A stretch of DNA of 63,988 nt, filler included, from Thelocarpon superellum (taxonomy: Eukaryota), in the NCBI GenBank assembly GCA_026025795.1. It is 3 parts of 3 records of this genome, joined end to end, with 100 filler letters (N's around TTAATTAATTAA, not from the genome) between each part and the next. Parts side by side here need not be neighbours in the genome. Positions count along the whole stretch, not along the records: positions 1 to 23,046 come from JAPEUG010000287.1; 2 more parts are not named here. The stretch is one strand, 5' to 3'. Positions 1-13,571 of the stretch are shown here, piece after piece. Both the position numbers and the translations under genes were made by a program. The notes under the pieces were generated by a model. The model was given only the letters and a program-made list of their open reading frames with translations, searched no databases and was not told the origin of the DNA. How positions within the stretch are numbered: the first letter of the stretch is position 1; every line of letters starts with the position of its first letter.

Positions 1-591
1 CCCCCACGTGGCCTGGGTATCGTATCCTGGTAAGCTTCGATCGATCCGCAGCACGTCTCCTATGAGGCTCACTGACGGGACATAGGGCTGGAACATCATC
101 CATCCCATGCGCTCGCGAAACGGTACCTGCCTCGAGGATTCGGCGGCGTGCTATCTTTTGGCGTCAAAGGCGGCGGTGCGGCGGGCAGTCAGGTGGTGGA
201 CCATTTCAAGCTCATCTCGAACCTGGCCAAGTACGTGCGGACAGGGCTAGCACGGAGATGAGTTGCTGACGACCATGACCAGTGTCGGTGATTCCAAGAC
301 GTTGGCGATCCATCCTTGGTCAACGACGCACGAGCAACTGAGCGACCAGGAGAAATTGAATAGCGGAGTGACCGAGGTAAGCCTCGTCCAAATGGTCTCC
401 TTGAATCAGACTGACAGCTTGGCAAGGATCTCATCCGTATCTCGGTGGGGACCGAGCATATCGACGACATCATCCAAGACTTTGAGCAGGCATTCGCGGC
501 CAGCTCGGCCGCGAAGCCCGAGGCTCCGGCGGCAGTGGAACATGCGACGGCGACAGGAGGTACGGAGACGCGGGGGAATTTAGTTGTTTGA
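1..591 (+). CDS. MET17: O-acetylhomoserine/O-acetylserine sulfhydrylase (homocysteine synthase), 3' part, 3 introns
   Basis: Spliced translation ...[13 protein letters not shown]...[35 protein letters not shown]...[27 protein letters not shown], the typical C-terminus of Cys/Met PLP enzymes of the Met17/CysD type; TGA at 589-591. Confidence 0.92.
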
Positions 592-1648
592 AGAAATAAG
601 GCAGTCTCCCGCGCACACGCCTATCCTTCCGTTTGAACCATAACGTCATCCGAATAGCCCTTTTCTCAAGCCCGGTGTTCACGCGACCTTGCTTAGTGAG
701 GGGGCGAACACGAACGACCAATTCGTGCAGGATGGCCTTCTCGCGCCGTTCGGAATGATCAAAGTGAACCGAGAGCACGTGTGTGAAGGTAAATGAGGCC
801 TTCGTAGTTTCGCGGCACGATATCAGTAGCAGGTAAAGCACCAATCATCGAAGAGCATCCGGCATTGCTGAAAAGTCCTCGAGCCTCTCTCTCCTTGCTC
901 GTATCGTCATATTTGGTCGTGACGACTTTGACATGACATTCCGGGCCCGCGTCGTCTACCTGTGGCTACGGAGCGCGACTCGGCAAACTGCGACGCATGT
1001 GACACTTCGGAAGTAGATCCGCGAGGATGAAGCAGGAGCGCTGGCAGCAGCTTTGCCGAACTACAGGAGGCATGGGCGCTCGCCGATGTGGGAGAAGCTC
1101 TGCCGCCATCTTTTGGATCCTCTCCAGAGATCAACTAGAGTCTGGGCTGTCACGACACATGTTGACGCGGCTCTTCCATGGTGCTGTCGGGATGCCATGG
1201 TCCATAGTTGCGGAAGCACCCCAGCACAGTGGAAGCGACCAGTCTTCGTGGCGGGGGGATCCGGAGCTCGCGTTGCCGATGCCGCCGTCGAGCTAGCAAG
1301 TTCTGGTAGCTTTCTCCACATGCCGAGGTCTACCTGAGGCACTCCTCACTACCCCGTTTCCGGTCCCGCCCCAGAACGCTGCCGACCCGCCGCGCCCCTC
1401 AAGACTCCGGGGCCCCTCCAACTTCACCAAACTCCTCCTTGCACTTGGTCTTCAGTAGCCGATCGTTACGGACTACAGGGCGCAGACGAGTTTTTATCGG
1501 TTTTCTTGGACCTTTGTGCTGTCACTTGACCTCGAAGGCGAATTTCAAGCACCGTAGTCGTACTGACTCCCGCCCGGTAGCACGAGACTCTCCTCCGGCC
1601 AAGAGTTGGTCTGACCACCTTGCCCCAGCCCGGCTCTTCGTTTTCATC

Positions 1649-3931
1649 ATGATGTTTAATCCCAACCCGGTCACGGACAAGGCGAAGGCGCTCGCGGTTC
1701 CCCCTCCGCCGGGATCGCCGTACAGCGTTCCTATTCCCGGCTCGGAACAGCCAGGCCGGAGCAAAATCTATCGACACTGGCGAAGCAAGGATGGCCTGCT
1801 CCAAACACTGGACCCGACGGTAAGATCAGTCTTCGGCTCTGGTCAGATGAGCCGTGGCTAACTCGGCCGTGGCTAGGTGACGACCGTGCACGAGCTTTTT
1901 GAGAGCTCTGCGACTCGAATCCCGAAGAACAAGTGTCTCGGTCACCGTCCCTATGATCCTGTGACCAAGACGTGGGGCGCGTATGTGTGGGAAGACTATC
2001 AGACCGTCCAAGAACGGAGAGCCGCGATTGGTGCCGGCATCGTCGAGCTGCACGAGCAGCTTGGGGTCCAGGGTCGTCAATACCCCGTGGGACTGTGGTC
2101 GCAGAATCGCCCCGAGTGGCAGCTGATCGGTATGGTCGTCAATTACCCAGCCGCGACCGGCGCTGACGCTCCTAGACTTGGCTTGTGGCTCTCAGTCCTT
2201 ATTCTCCGTGTCGCTCTACGACTCCTTGGGCCCGGAAACGTCGGAATACATCATCAATCATGCCGCCATGGTCTGTGTTGCCACGACGCTGGCGCACATC
2301 CCGACGCTTCTCAAGCTGAAGCCACGCTTGCCTACCTTGAAGATCATCATCTCGCTGGATCCACTGGGCGAGGAAGAGCTGCCAGGCCAGAGCAAAGAGT
2401 CGCTCCTGAACGAGTGGGCCAAGGAAGTGGGTGCCGCCGTCATCTCCCTCAAGGACGTGGAGGCCATCGGCCGTGCGCGCCCGCGGGCGTACAACCCGCC
2501 GCGGCCCTCGGACTTGGTCACGATCAATTACACCTCGGGCACGACGGGCGCGCCCAAGGGCGTCTGTCTAACGCATGGCAACGCGGTGGCGGCGACGTCG
2601 GCCAGTCTGGTGTCGGTGCCGCAGCAGCACACGGACGTGATGATCGCCTACCTCCCCTTGGCCCACATCTATGAGCGGGTGAGCGAGCACGCCAGCATGT
2701 GGGCCGGCGCCGCCATTGGCTACTTCCACGGCAACATTCTCGAGCTGGTAGACGACATGAAGCTGCTTCGACCGACGGGATTCATCTCCGTGCCGCGTCT
2801 GTACAACCGCTTCGGCAGCGCCATCCGGGCGGCAACGGTGGAGAAAGAGGGTGCGATGGGTGCCGTGTCGCGATATATTGTCAACACCAAGCTGGCCAAC
2901 CTCGAGGGACCACATCCGACGAACAAGCACAGCATCTATGACCGGGTGTGGGGAAAGAAGGTGACGTCAGCGTTGGGAATGGAGCGCGTGCGGACGATGG
3001 TTTCTGGCTCCGCTCCGCTCGACCCGCAGCTTCAGCAATTCCTCCGGGTGGTGTTTGGGAACAACTTCACCCAAGGCTACGGGCTCACCGAGGGATATGC
3101 CGTCTCCATGGCGCAGCTCGAAGGCGACTTCTCGGCCGGCAACTGCGGGACCATCTCGGTGGAGACGGAGGCCTGCCTCATGGACGTACCAGATATGGAC
3201 TACCTGACGACGGACACGCCGCAGCCTCGTGGCGAGCTCCTGTTGCGCGGGCCTGCCATCTTCCGGGAGTACTACCGCAACGAAAAGGACACGAAGAAAG
3301 CGCTGATTGGAGACGGCTGGTTCCGAACGGGCGACATCGCCACGTTTGACGCCCGTGGCCGGTGCAAGATCATTGACCGGGTCAAGAACGTGCTCAAGCT
3401 GGCGCAGGGCGAGTACATCTCGCCCGAGCGGATCGAGAACGTGTATCTCAGCAACTGCTCGTACCTGGCGCAAGCCTACGTGCACGGCGACTCGGTCCAG
3501 ACCTTCCTCGTCGCTCTCTTCGGTGTCAACCCCGATGTGTTTGCGCCCTTTGCCTCCAAGATCCTGGGCACACCCATCTTGGCCTCGGACCGCGCCGCCA
3601 TTGACGCCGCCGCCAGCGACCCGCGCGTGCGCAAAGCCGTGATCAAAGATCTCGATCGGATCGGCAAGCGCGACAAGTTCAACAGCTACGAGCGCGTCCG
3701 CAACTGCTATCTCTACGTCGAGCCCTTTACGATTGAGAACGAGTTACTGACGCCGACGTGAGTGACTTGCGCCTCCCACTTTACCTTGTCATGAGGAGAA
3801 CAATTTACTCACGGAGGATGACGGACAGGTTGAAGCTGAAACGCCCACAAACAGCCAAGAAGTTCCGCGGCGATCTCGACCGCTTGTACGCCGACGTGCT
3901 GAAGGCGGAGCAGACCAAGGCCAAGCTGTAG
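1649..3931 (+). CDS. Long-chain fatty acyl-CoA synthetase, peroxisomal (C-terminal AKL), 3 introns
   Basis: AMP-binding motif INYTSGTTGAPKG, GYGLTE, GWFRTGDI, IIDRVKNVLKLAQGEYISPE; last exon LKLKRPQTAKKFR...EQTKAKL*. Confidence 0.93.
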
Positions 3932-4032
3932 AATTGGTTCTATTCCTTTCCTTCAGTGTCTCTTCCGTGTCTCTTCCTTGAAATCTTCTGCGTGAGTCTG
4001 AGGCGGAGGAGGACATCGTAGGATGTCGTGTG

Positions 4033-4063
4033 AGCGAGAGCGAGAGCGAGAGCGAGAGCGAGA
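4033..4063. repeat. (GAGAGC)n microsatellite between convergent genes
   Basis: gagcgagagcgagagcgagagcgagagcgag. Confidence 0.8.
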
Positions 4064-4408
4064 CGCGGCACAGTGTACTCGTATAGAAGCGCAGGCAACG
4101 AATGCTCAGGACGAAAGCGACAAGAAATGGGGGGAGGGGGGAGGGAAGAGCGGAGGGTGGGAAAGAATGGAGAGCAAGGAAGGAAGCGGTTAGTCAGTGA
4201 TGGGCAAGCCAGCAGAGTAAGAGTAACTACGAGGACGAAACTCATCCAACTCCTCATCGTCCATCTCTTTTATAAATTCTAGTCCGTCTCGTTTCCGTTC
4301 CCTTTCTACGTCTCTGTCCGGCTCTATCTGCGGACGTATGTATGGACATTATGCATGTTCGTATGGCCACGATCAGGTGCAAGATCGTTGGTCCGATCCG
4401 TTAGCGTT

Positions 4409-7400
4409 CTAGCTCGTCGTCGTAGTCGTCGTAGTCGCACTCGCCGCACTCGTGTTCGCGTTCGTGTTCGTCTTCGTATTCGTCGTGGTATTCTCCAGCT
4501 TCGGAACGAGCCACCAGCGATGATACGCTCTCGATGGCTCGACGCGCACTTGTCTCGTCTTCTCCTTTTTCCTCTCCTTTTCCTTCCTCGTCCTCCTTTC
4601 TTGGCTCGTGCTCGCTCCTTCCTTCCCGCCTTTCCCTCCCTTTTCGTCCTCGGCGTTCTCGCTCGCGTCCCGCTCACCATGCAGGATCCGACTAATTTCC
4701 AGACCCGCAATGGACGCGCCGATGCAAGCTCTCAGCGTGTCGCGCACGCCGCCGCGCCATTCCTCGTGACAGAGCACGCTGCGCGTCGTCCGGGAGTCCA
4801 TCTTCGTCATCACTTCTAGGTCTCTGCGTGCGTTCTGAATCATCTGTAGCCCTTCTTGCATCAGGCGCGGCGTCTGCATGTCCTTTAGCGCAAGGTCTAT
4901 CTTTGCTCCCCTGGGGAAGGTCCAAGGGGGTAAGGAGGGGCAGTCGGAGGAGAGTATACCGGTATATGGAGCTGGGACACTTCGCGCTGGAACTGCTCGT
5001 AGGGAAGAAGCTCGGGTAGACTGAGGTGCAGAAAGGGCTTCATCCGTAGCTCGTATCGGAGCGTGTCGTTGCTGTATGGTCGTGGCGGACTTTGCACCAT
5101 TTGATGCCGGTTGAGCGTCGTGTAGAGCTGCTTCCATGTCAGCATTACCTCGACTGCAAGAGGCTATGCCAGAAAAGTGAAGAACTGACGCAGCTTAGCC
5201 CATTCGCAAAGTGCTGCTTTGCAGACGCGTCCAACATCAGGATGCCAATGTATGATAATGCCTTAGTGTAGGCGTCTTTATTAGCATGTGCGACTGAGGC
5301 GCTACTCCGGGTCAGCTTGCGCGTCACAAAGCCTCGGATTCGTTCGAGATGGTTGGTGCGGATTCGGGCGACGTATTGTAGCTGCCTGCACGCATCCAGA
5401 TATGAGAATCAGTTGCAGTATCAATGAAAAGGGGGCGTAATAGTCATCATACCAATACATTCCTGCCAATTCATCCGCTTGATAGATGTCCAGTTCGAAG
5501 CCAAGCTGGATAATCCATTCGTAGAGACGTAATTTGTGATGATATGCCCATGACGACAAAGGAAAGGAGAAGATAGGCTCGGCCGATATCTCTGGGTCTA
5601 CGATTGGTTGTTCCTGCGTTAGGGTCTGTAAGGATTTATCAAGTGGCTCGAGCTACGTGTCCGCTGATTAGCTTCAGAGTTTCCCAGAGATGAGCTATCC
5701 TCACCTCCAGCTGTAAGTCATCCCAGATTTGGACCGCATGGCAGAGAGTTCGTCGGATCCGGGCCCGGTTTTGACAGATGCAGCGCACAATGTCAAGATA
5801 CGGCTGGTCTTCTCTCAGCGCAATCCACACCACTCGTCGATTACCTCACCTGCTGTGCTTTCGCGACGAATTGGCCCATTCTCTCGGAGATTTCAAATCG
5901 TGGGTCGCCAGGCATCTCAACGTCGCAATAATTCCGATCGAGTAAGATGTCACCAGGGAGCACTGTCTCGGCAAGGTCGTCGTAAAGGAGCTCCTGGGTC
6001 GACTTCGCCTCCGACACTTTACTCTGCGTGAGTAATGATGACTGCAGGAGTGACCGGATGTACACCGATGGTTGAGGGCTGCGAGACTGAAAGGTCCACA
6101 GGAAGGTCTGGCGATGATCAGCCCCATCCATCCCACCCTCTGCCAAGATCGCCGCTTACCATGAGATTGTTGCTGCCCTGAAAATCAAAGACCCGGACCA
6201 TGTCACTCCCGTCTTGGCACAATCTCCGCACGTGCGCAAGTGCCCGATCGAAGGTAATCTTCACAATCGGCCTGGGCGGTACGGTACTCGCGAGCTTTCG
6301 CTGAATTTTGACGCTGAAGGCCGCTGGGACGGCCTGTCCAGCATCGGTCGTGGCCTGTATGGCATTGAGGAACGACGCACACTCTGTCCAACGGGTCGCG
6401 GCACCGGTGGCGATGGCATTGCCATCGCTTTCCAGGGCCGATAAGAAGGCCATGCGAAACGAGAGTCTGGCGATGAGGGCCTCGTGCGTCATCTTCGATC
6501 CCTCGAAGTGCTCCTCAACCCAGGTCAACGCCGTTTGCAATAGACCCTGAAGGTCCGCGGTAGCGATTCGCGGGAGCAGCTCGCAACTGTAGAGTTGCGT
6601 GACAAAGTCCTCCTCCTGACGATGAATCAACGAGGCTTTCCCCCGTGCCAGATGAGTGGACGCACCTCGTAGCAGGTCTGCTCAAAGGCGATGCGTTCGT
6701 GGACAAAGTGGCAGCACTTGATTAGAGCCAAGCAATATGCTCGAAGAATGAGGTGCAGGTAGGGGTTGCCGCCGTCTGCCGCAGCGAGCCGGGAGAAGTG
6801 GGCGTCGTCCAAGGACTTGGGCTCGGGCCAGAGCAATCGGTCGAGGTAGAGACTGGTGAAGAGGGTCTGTGACATTGGACTTCCCATTTGCCAGGCCATC
6901 TGACCAAGGACGGCACTTGTGAGTAAGAGCTTCGCCGACCACGCAGGGGCGAGCAAGCTACCTCATAACACAGCAACTGGTCCATGATGCCGATGACCTC
7001 CTTGGAGGAGAGGGGCGTCGTCACGTCGTATTCGTCGAGGAGTGACTCTCCTGGAGCGAGGTAGCCGCTGTCCATCTTTGGATCCATGATCTATCATCAT
7101 GCGACGGATTGCTCAGCGACTGCCTCCGTTTCTGCCACGGACGCGGACCGACCTCGAGCGCCGAGACGGCCTCGAATAGCGTGAACCACTCTTCTTTGAC
7201 CAACTGTCCCACGTCCAATGCTGACGGCGAGGAAGATCGCGTCAGCATCATGGATGGGAGCAGTGGTGCTTGGACGGAGCAATACCCGTCGTGGCCTGGG
7301 AGAATGGCTCAGTAATATCTCGGGCATGCGAGCCACGACTTGAGACCTTCGGGGCGACGGTCGTGTGGGATGATCCATCGGTCGACGGGATGGCCTCATG

Positions 7401-7469
7401 TTGGTGGCGATGGTTGTGGTGGAACTCGGCATTGCCCGCATCTGCGACAGGGTCAATGACATGATGCAT
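4409..7469 (-). CDS. MAK10: NatC N-acetyltransferase auxiliary subunit (Mak10/Naa35), multi-exon; start codon tentative
   Basis: GQLVKEEWFTLFEAVSALE|IMDPKMDSGYL, WQMGSPMSQTLFTSLY, KIQRKLASTVPPRPIV, WIIQLGFELDIYQADELAGMYW, C-terminal YHRWWLVPKL. Confidence 0.9.
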
Positions 7470-7826
7470 CCCATCGGGCCATGCAAGCCATCAGGCGTTC
7501 TTACGGCTGTCCCTTCCCTCTTCCTCCGCCCCAATTACCGTCATCTTCGCTCGCCACTCACCGCTCGCTATCTACAAGAAACCCGGAAAGAGAATAGAAG
7601 AGATGCATCGAGTCCGTTGACATGTGGTGGCACGTCAAGCTCTACAACGATGCTGGGAGCGTGTAGGCGAGCGGTGACTGTTCTCCACGTCGCCGTCATA
7701 GTCACGGCACCAGTGAATTTGACTGCGTGGATGATACAGAGTACCGCGCATGTCTACCGCACCCTATCCTTTACAATGCTTGTTCTCGGTCTTTTCCAGC
7801 GCTGCCCATCCCCTCCAATCCGTCCT

Positions 7827-8173
7827 CTATTGCCCTGAGCCACTGGCATGCTCGGCCATGGCACTCTCATTGACGCTGGCCAAGCCCTTGTTCTCGCCTT
7901 GCTTGCCATTCTGTGGTGCGTGTCAGACCTGTCCCAAAGCCATCATACGCCAAAGCGGAGGGGCTCGAGCACGTACTTGCCACTTGGCCACTTTCAAATC
8001 CATCTCTCCCCGTCGCTCGGCTTGTAATCGGGGCTGCTCCTTTAGGCTTCGCCGAACCACTCGTGCGGCGACGGCCAAGTAACGATTGTAGCTGCCGGGA
8101 TGTCAGTGAGGGTCACGGAGCCAACCGAGGTGCATTCATACGTCAAGCCCGCAGCTTTCCACGCGAATGCCAT
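7827..8173 (-). CDS. ATP15: Mitochondrial F1 ATP synthase epsilon subunit, 2 introns
   Basis: MAFAWKAAGLT|YNRYLAVAARVVRRSLKEQPRLQAERRGEMDLKVAKW...NGKQGENK...GSGQ*. Confidence 0.93.
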
Positions 8174-8302
8174 GGTGCGGATGGACGGGAAAGGGGGCGG
8201 ATGGGATTGCGCGTGGATGGTTGGGTTGGATGCCCTGTGGATCTCGGGCGCTGGGGGTACGTCGTCGGTTGACACCAAATCGTGACGATCTCTACGAATG
8301 TA

Positions 8303-8312
8303 GTCACGTGAC
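8303..8312. promoter_or_regulatory. GTCACGTGAC palindromic E-box upstream of ATP15
   Basis: Perfect 10-bp palindrome ~130 bp upstream of the ATG; bHLH (Cbf1-type) consensus; function inferred. Confidence 0.4.
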
Positions 8313-8487
8313 ATGTCGACTGGTGGCCGCGAAATTCACCCTACCCAACAGGTCAATGCGAGATGCGACAGGCGACATGCGGCATGCGATTGATGAAGAC
8401 ACAAAGGTCGGGATGAGGCTAAGTCTATGATGCGTGTGTCAAAGCACTCGCTGTTGATACAAACGGCTCTCCTATCCTAGCCAAAGT

Positions 8488-10000
8488 CTACACGGTCAAG
8501 CCAATCTCTTCGGCAAAGGGAAGGACGTAGAGATCTCCCACGGCGGACACGGCGGCGCGGCCGTCGAGCAGCGATTTGGCGGCCTGTGGCGAGATTAGCC
8601 AGGAACCATCGAGAGCCTTGCACTCGCGTCTTACCTTCTTCACCTGTTCCACTCCGACGCGATCGAAGCTTTTGGCCACTTCGTCGGTCTGGAAGGGTTT
8701 GCCGCCTTGCAGGAGACCTGAGCCCGTCAGTTCCACCCCCGTATCGATGCTCTGTCCCGCATCTAATGCCCGGAATCTCGCCAGCGCCGTGGCCTTGACG
8801 ACGTCGTCCTTGCTGATCTCTCCAGCAGCCACCTTCTTCAAGGCCTTGACCGCTGCGGCGCTGGCACCCCGGACGTCCTGGGCCGCGCCCGTGAAGCTCA
8901 TGTAAAGCAGGCCGGCGTCGGAGTAGGCGGCATGCTCGGTCGCGATGTGCACCTTGGGATGACCCCCGGCACCCTGAGCCAGTAGCGAGAAGCCCGCGGA
9001 CCATTTGATGGAGGATTGTCCGCCGAGCAGCGCCGCGAGCACCGCCACCTCGGGCTTGTACGACGCACCGGCCGTGAAGGAGCTGGACCCCGGGAAGGCG
9101 ATGATCATCGTGTTGCCCGCGTCATGGGCGATGCGCGTTTCACCTCCATGGTACTTGCTGGGAGCGCTCTCCAGCGTCAGGCCGTCGGCCGACGCCTGCG
9201 CCGGTGCATCGGCGAAGAACTCACCCACCCATTTCGCGAGGTCGGCCTGGCTGGCGCCGTTGGCGATGACGGCAAAGTTGGGCTTGGCGTAGGCCACGTC
9301 GGCGTATGCGGCGATGGAGTCCTCGTAGAGGTACTTGGTCAGCGGCGTCGACGGGTCCGGGTGCAGGGGCGTGCCCAGGCCACGGTGGAAGGCCACCGTG
9401 TGGGCCGAGTCCAGGGCCAGGTCTTTGGGACTGCCGTGCAGGGCTTTTTGCGCATGCCGAATCGTCGGCAGTACTTCTTCCCGGAACTCATGACTGGTGT
9501 ATCGCGTCTGCGTCGCTACCTCGCCCAGCAACTCGACGAAGTAGGGCAGATCTTCCCGGAGGAGCTTGGCCTCTAGCACCAGGCTCTCGCGCGTGTGATA
9601 AGCGGACAATTGACCGCCCAAGAGCTCCGCTTCGCGATTAATGCGCAAGGCCGAGCGTTTCGCGGTGCTCTGAAGGGGCAGGGTCAGCGTCAGCTCGATG
9701 TGCTGGATGTCGCCGTGGCCGACGTGGTCGACGACGAACCTTGAAGGCGAACTTTTCCAACCCATCGGCAAAGCCCGGTAAGGACTGGTATCGCGATCCT
9801 GCTTTGGACACCAATGCCACGGTCGTCGTGGGCCCTGGCAAGTCCCGCGCCGCGATCTTCACCCCCGCGGATTCACCCGTCTCATACTGGAAGGGGTTCG
9901 ATGCCGCCGTGGCCAGACTTCGAGGGCCGGCGGGACCCGCATGTGCACAGCGAGCGAGAGCCAGCTGCCCTTGGCGGCACAAGGACGACCGCGCGAGCAT
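8488..10000 (-). CDS. QCR2: Cytochrome bc1 complex core protein 2 (M16 peptidase-like), 2 introns
   Basis: Mitochondrial presequence MLARSSLCRQ..., KAGSRYQSLPGFADGLEKFAFK|STAKRSALRINREAELLGG, ALLGGQSSIKWSAGFSLL, C-terminal AVGDLYVLPFAEEIGLTV. Confidence 0.93.
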
Positions 10001-10126
10001 GCTGAGGACCACGGATGAGAGGAGGGAGATGAACCGTAATTGCACCCCAATTGGAAAGATGGATGGTGGACCCCAAGGTTCGATGGGGAATCCGCGTCGC
10101 TGCAATGGCTGCAGTGTAGGAGCGCA

Positions 10127-10145
10127 CACGTGATCTGGTCACGTG
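10127..10145. promoter_or_regulatory. Two CACGTG E-boxes in the QCR2/RPC82 divergent promoter
   Basis: cacgtga-tctg-gtcacgtg, ~130-145 bp upstream of the QCR2 ATG. Confidence 0.35.
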
Positions 10146-10509
10146 CCCATACCTATTACCATCCCGACTACGCGTAGATTAGCAATTCAGCTCTGATTCC
10201 TACAGCAGTATGTTTAGTCCACCCAGTAACCCGTAGGAGCAACTTCGACTCAACTGGATGGCCGGGTGAAGTTGCCTAAATCTCGTCGCTGATTGGCTGC
10301 TCAGCGACCCATTGATTTTCGGTCTCGACTCACTCGTCCGCTCGCAATAATAATTGTCAAATTGATGGTTTCACCCCGACACGCCATTCGTTGTCTGCAC
10401 CTCGCCGCAGGTCCCATGTTGACCGCCACCTTGATCCTGCTGATGTATCGGCGTCGGTAGCATCTGTGGGCCCTGGAGAGACCACAAGACTCTCTAGGTT
10501 GACACCACC

Positions 10510-12728
10510 ATGTCTCAGGTATGGTGCCCCACTATAGCCCGCCACGACTCCCGCTGACGACATTGGTTGCCAGCATGCTGCGGAATTGTGCACCCTCGTC
10601 GTAAACGACGTGTATGGAGGACTGTCGTCGGTAGGCTCAGAGATTTCATCCACTCTTCTCCCCTTTCACTCCCGCTCGCCCGCATCTCGTTCACCTCATG
10701 CCTTCCAAGCTCCAGGGTCTGATCTGCCCAGCGCGTCTTCGGCCTCCTTCTCCGTCTCGGGCGGCTATCCCTCTCAGCCATCGCTCAGCATGTTCACCTG
10801 CCGCTCCGTCAGCTCAAGAACGGCCTGGCCGTGCTCATCCAACAACACTTGGTGCTGCACGCCACCTCCCCAGCCGACTTGACGACCTTCTATGAGGCCG
10901 ACTGGGACGCCGCCCTTGCTCTCATGCGTGCTGGAAAGGTGGTCAAGACTGTCGAGGACCGTTTTGGCCCAGCTGCGGCCGATGTGACGTCCAATCTGCT
11001 GCTCCAGGGACATGCCACCGTCGGCGATTTGACCGCGGCCTATTCCAAGGTATTCCGCGCCAGCAAACGCCGCGCCACAGCAAGCACCGAGGACCGCACG
11101 AAGATCCGCGATCTCGCTACCCGCCCGGCCGTTGCTCCCACCGAACTGCAGCAGATCATCTCTCGCTTACTCGATGTGGGATACGTTAAGCGTGTCCGCG
11201 AGGAGCAATTTCGTCCGCTTGCCGACAATTACAACGAAGCCGAACGACGCGTCAAGCGTGCGCTAGGAGGCAACCTCCCCATAGGGCCCAAGGGCAAAGC
11301 TGAACTTGAGACGAAGATCTGGAGCCTGTTGAGAACATGGCACGATGGCGGCGCAGGCGACGGCGGGGTCAACGGTCACAGCCATGGCAGCAAACGACCG
11401 CGAGAGCCGACTGACGATGGGCCCAGCGCCAAGCGATCCAAGATCGGGTTCGAGGGGCAGAACGGTGTGAATGGTAACATGCGAGATAATCACGGAGCAT
11501 CCTCCCTCCGGGCGTTGGATGTAATGTCTCCACCCTACTCGCATGCTCATCCCCATGACCGACTAACCTATGAGAGCAGCGTGACATGACCGTTCGCGTC
11601 GATCCTGAGATGTTTGTCGTGGCGTTTCGCAATCAAGATCTGGTCGACATGGCCAAGCGGAGAGTGGGAACGACGACGTCCCTCGTCTATGCCGAAGCGC
11701 TCCGGCGGATCGAAGGCCGGATTTCTCGGTCTCGCGACCACCTGCGAAGCAGAGCTGATCACAACGCGTTTGACCTCGCCAGTGGTCCCTCCATCACCAC
11801 CGTTCAACTGCTCGATGATTTTCCCGACGAGATCAACCTCAGTTCCGGCATCGGCCCGACGCCGACTGGACATGCCAATCGGCCCAAGGGCAGGCAGAAA
11901 GTACCGCGAGTGGGTGGAAAGGAGGTAGCGAACATTGGATCAGCAAGCGAAGACGAAGATCTTGACGGACTCCGACCAAATGGGGACGATGGGATGGAGC
12001 ATGGCCTTACGGCCGAGACAACTTGCGACTCGGACGACGACGGGGCCGGTCAGACGCAACTGATTGGCTCTACTGCGATCAACGGTGAAGCGAAGCACCG
12101 ACTGATGCAGCTGCGCCAACATCTGATCCTCCTGTCCGAAGAACCCCACCGACTCATCGTACAAGTCGGCCCGAGAGGCCGCGGCGAATGGGCCGTGGAC
12201 TTTCGATCACTGGTGACACGACTGCGGCAGAGCGAGCTGGAAAACATCATCGCCGAGCGATTCAGCAAGATTGCGGTACGACTGGTGCGGATCCTGCACG
12301 ACAAGGGCAAACTCGACGAAAAACAGCTTTCCAACTTGGCGCTGGTCAAGCAAAAGGAGATTCGCGTGACGCTGTCGGCCCTGCACAGCAAGGGTTTTCT
12401 CGAGCTCCAGGAAGTGCCGCGCGACAACTCTCGCGCCCCCAGCCGCACCATCTTCCTATGGTTCTTCCACCCGGAGCGATGCCAGCAGCTGGTACTGGAG
12501 GACCTGTACCAAACCATGGCGCGACTGTTGCAGCGGTCCGCGGTCGAAAAGGCGCACCTCGGCGACTTGATCGCCAAGGCCGAGCGCTCGGACGTCAAGG
12601 GCCACGAAACCCTGTACCTCACCGAGCCCGAACGCACGGCCCTGCAGCAATGGCGCGAGAAGGAGGAGAGGCTCCTGGTTCAGGTGGCTCGGCTCGATCG
12701 GCTCGTCGCCATCTTTCGGGACTATTGA
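10510..12728 (+). CDS. RPC82: RNA polymerase III subunit C82/RPC3, 3 introns
   Basis: MSQ|HAAELCTLVVNDVYGGLSS|RVFGLLLRLGRL..., LAVLIQQHLV, RLVRILHDKGKLDEKQL, LELQEVPRDNSRAPSRTIFLWF. Confidence 0.9.
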
Positions 12729-13571
12729 TCCCTCCTTCCTGTAGATATGGCCGACACATGCCTCTTCTTGCGTAGACATGAACGAATGGATGACTCCACG
12801 TAGCCACGATGACGGCATTGTTGTCCCTCCCTCTTCTGCCTCGCTATCCCAGTCAAGACGAGGTGCGGCTCCCGTGAGGGACGAGCCAGGGAGACCGCAA
12901 CAGAGGATCGTGTCGAAAGTCTCTAGCGGTATGCTCCAAACATTCTCTCTTAATCGTAACTACTTCCATCTTACCTTGTCGACATTCTTTTCTTATCACT
13001 GGTGGCGTCGTAGAAGAGAGCAGATCAACCTAGCTTTCTCTTATCCCAGAGCGCTTCTCAAGGGTCCCCCGAGTCCGGGGGCAGGCCTTAGCATGATCAC
13101 TTGCGGGGGCGCCCCTCGGTACCACAGGACACGGGACGCCCTTCGTTACCATGAGTACAGGGCGAGCGCCTCCGCGATAGAAGCAAGCTCCCACTGTTTC
13201 ATCCAATCCCACTCCATTCCATTCCATTCCTTCCGATCCTGATACTGATAATTGATGTACGGAGTAGTGCGCCCGAGACTTCCCCTAGTTCCCTTTCACC
13301 AACAGGCGATCGATGCCGCGCGTAGATGAGAAGCGGAAGAAGAAGAAGGAGAAGGAGAAGAAGAGAGTTGTGAAGTTTAGGAGGTTTAGAAAAGCCGATG
13401 GAAAAGTCGGATCAGGAATAAAAAAGGTAGGGTGAATCGGATCGTGCCTCATCATCGTCCAAGCTTCGAGGGATCGTGGCTCGTCTCGCTCGCTCTTGTC
13501 CCGCGGGGGCCGTGGCAAAGCACAACGTCGCTCCAGACGCGCCGCTCGCTCGCTCATGCGTTCGCTCATCC

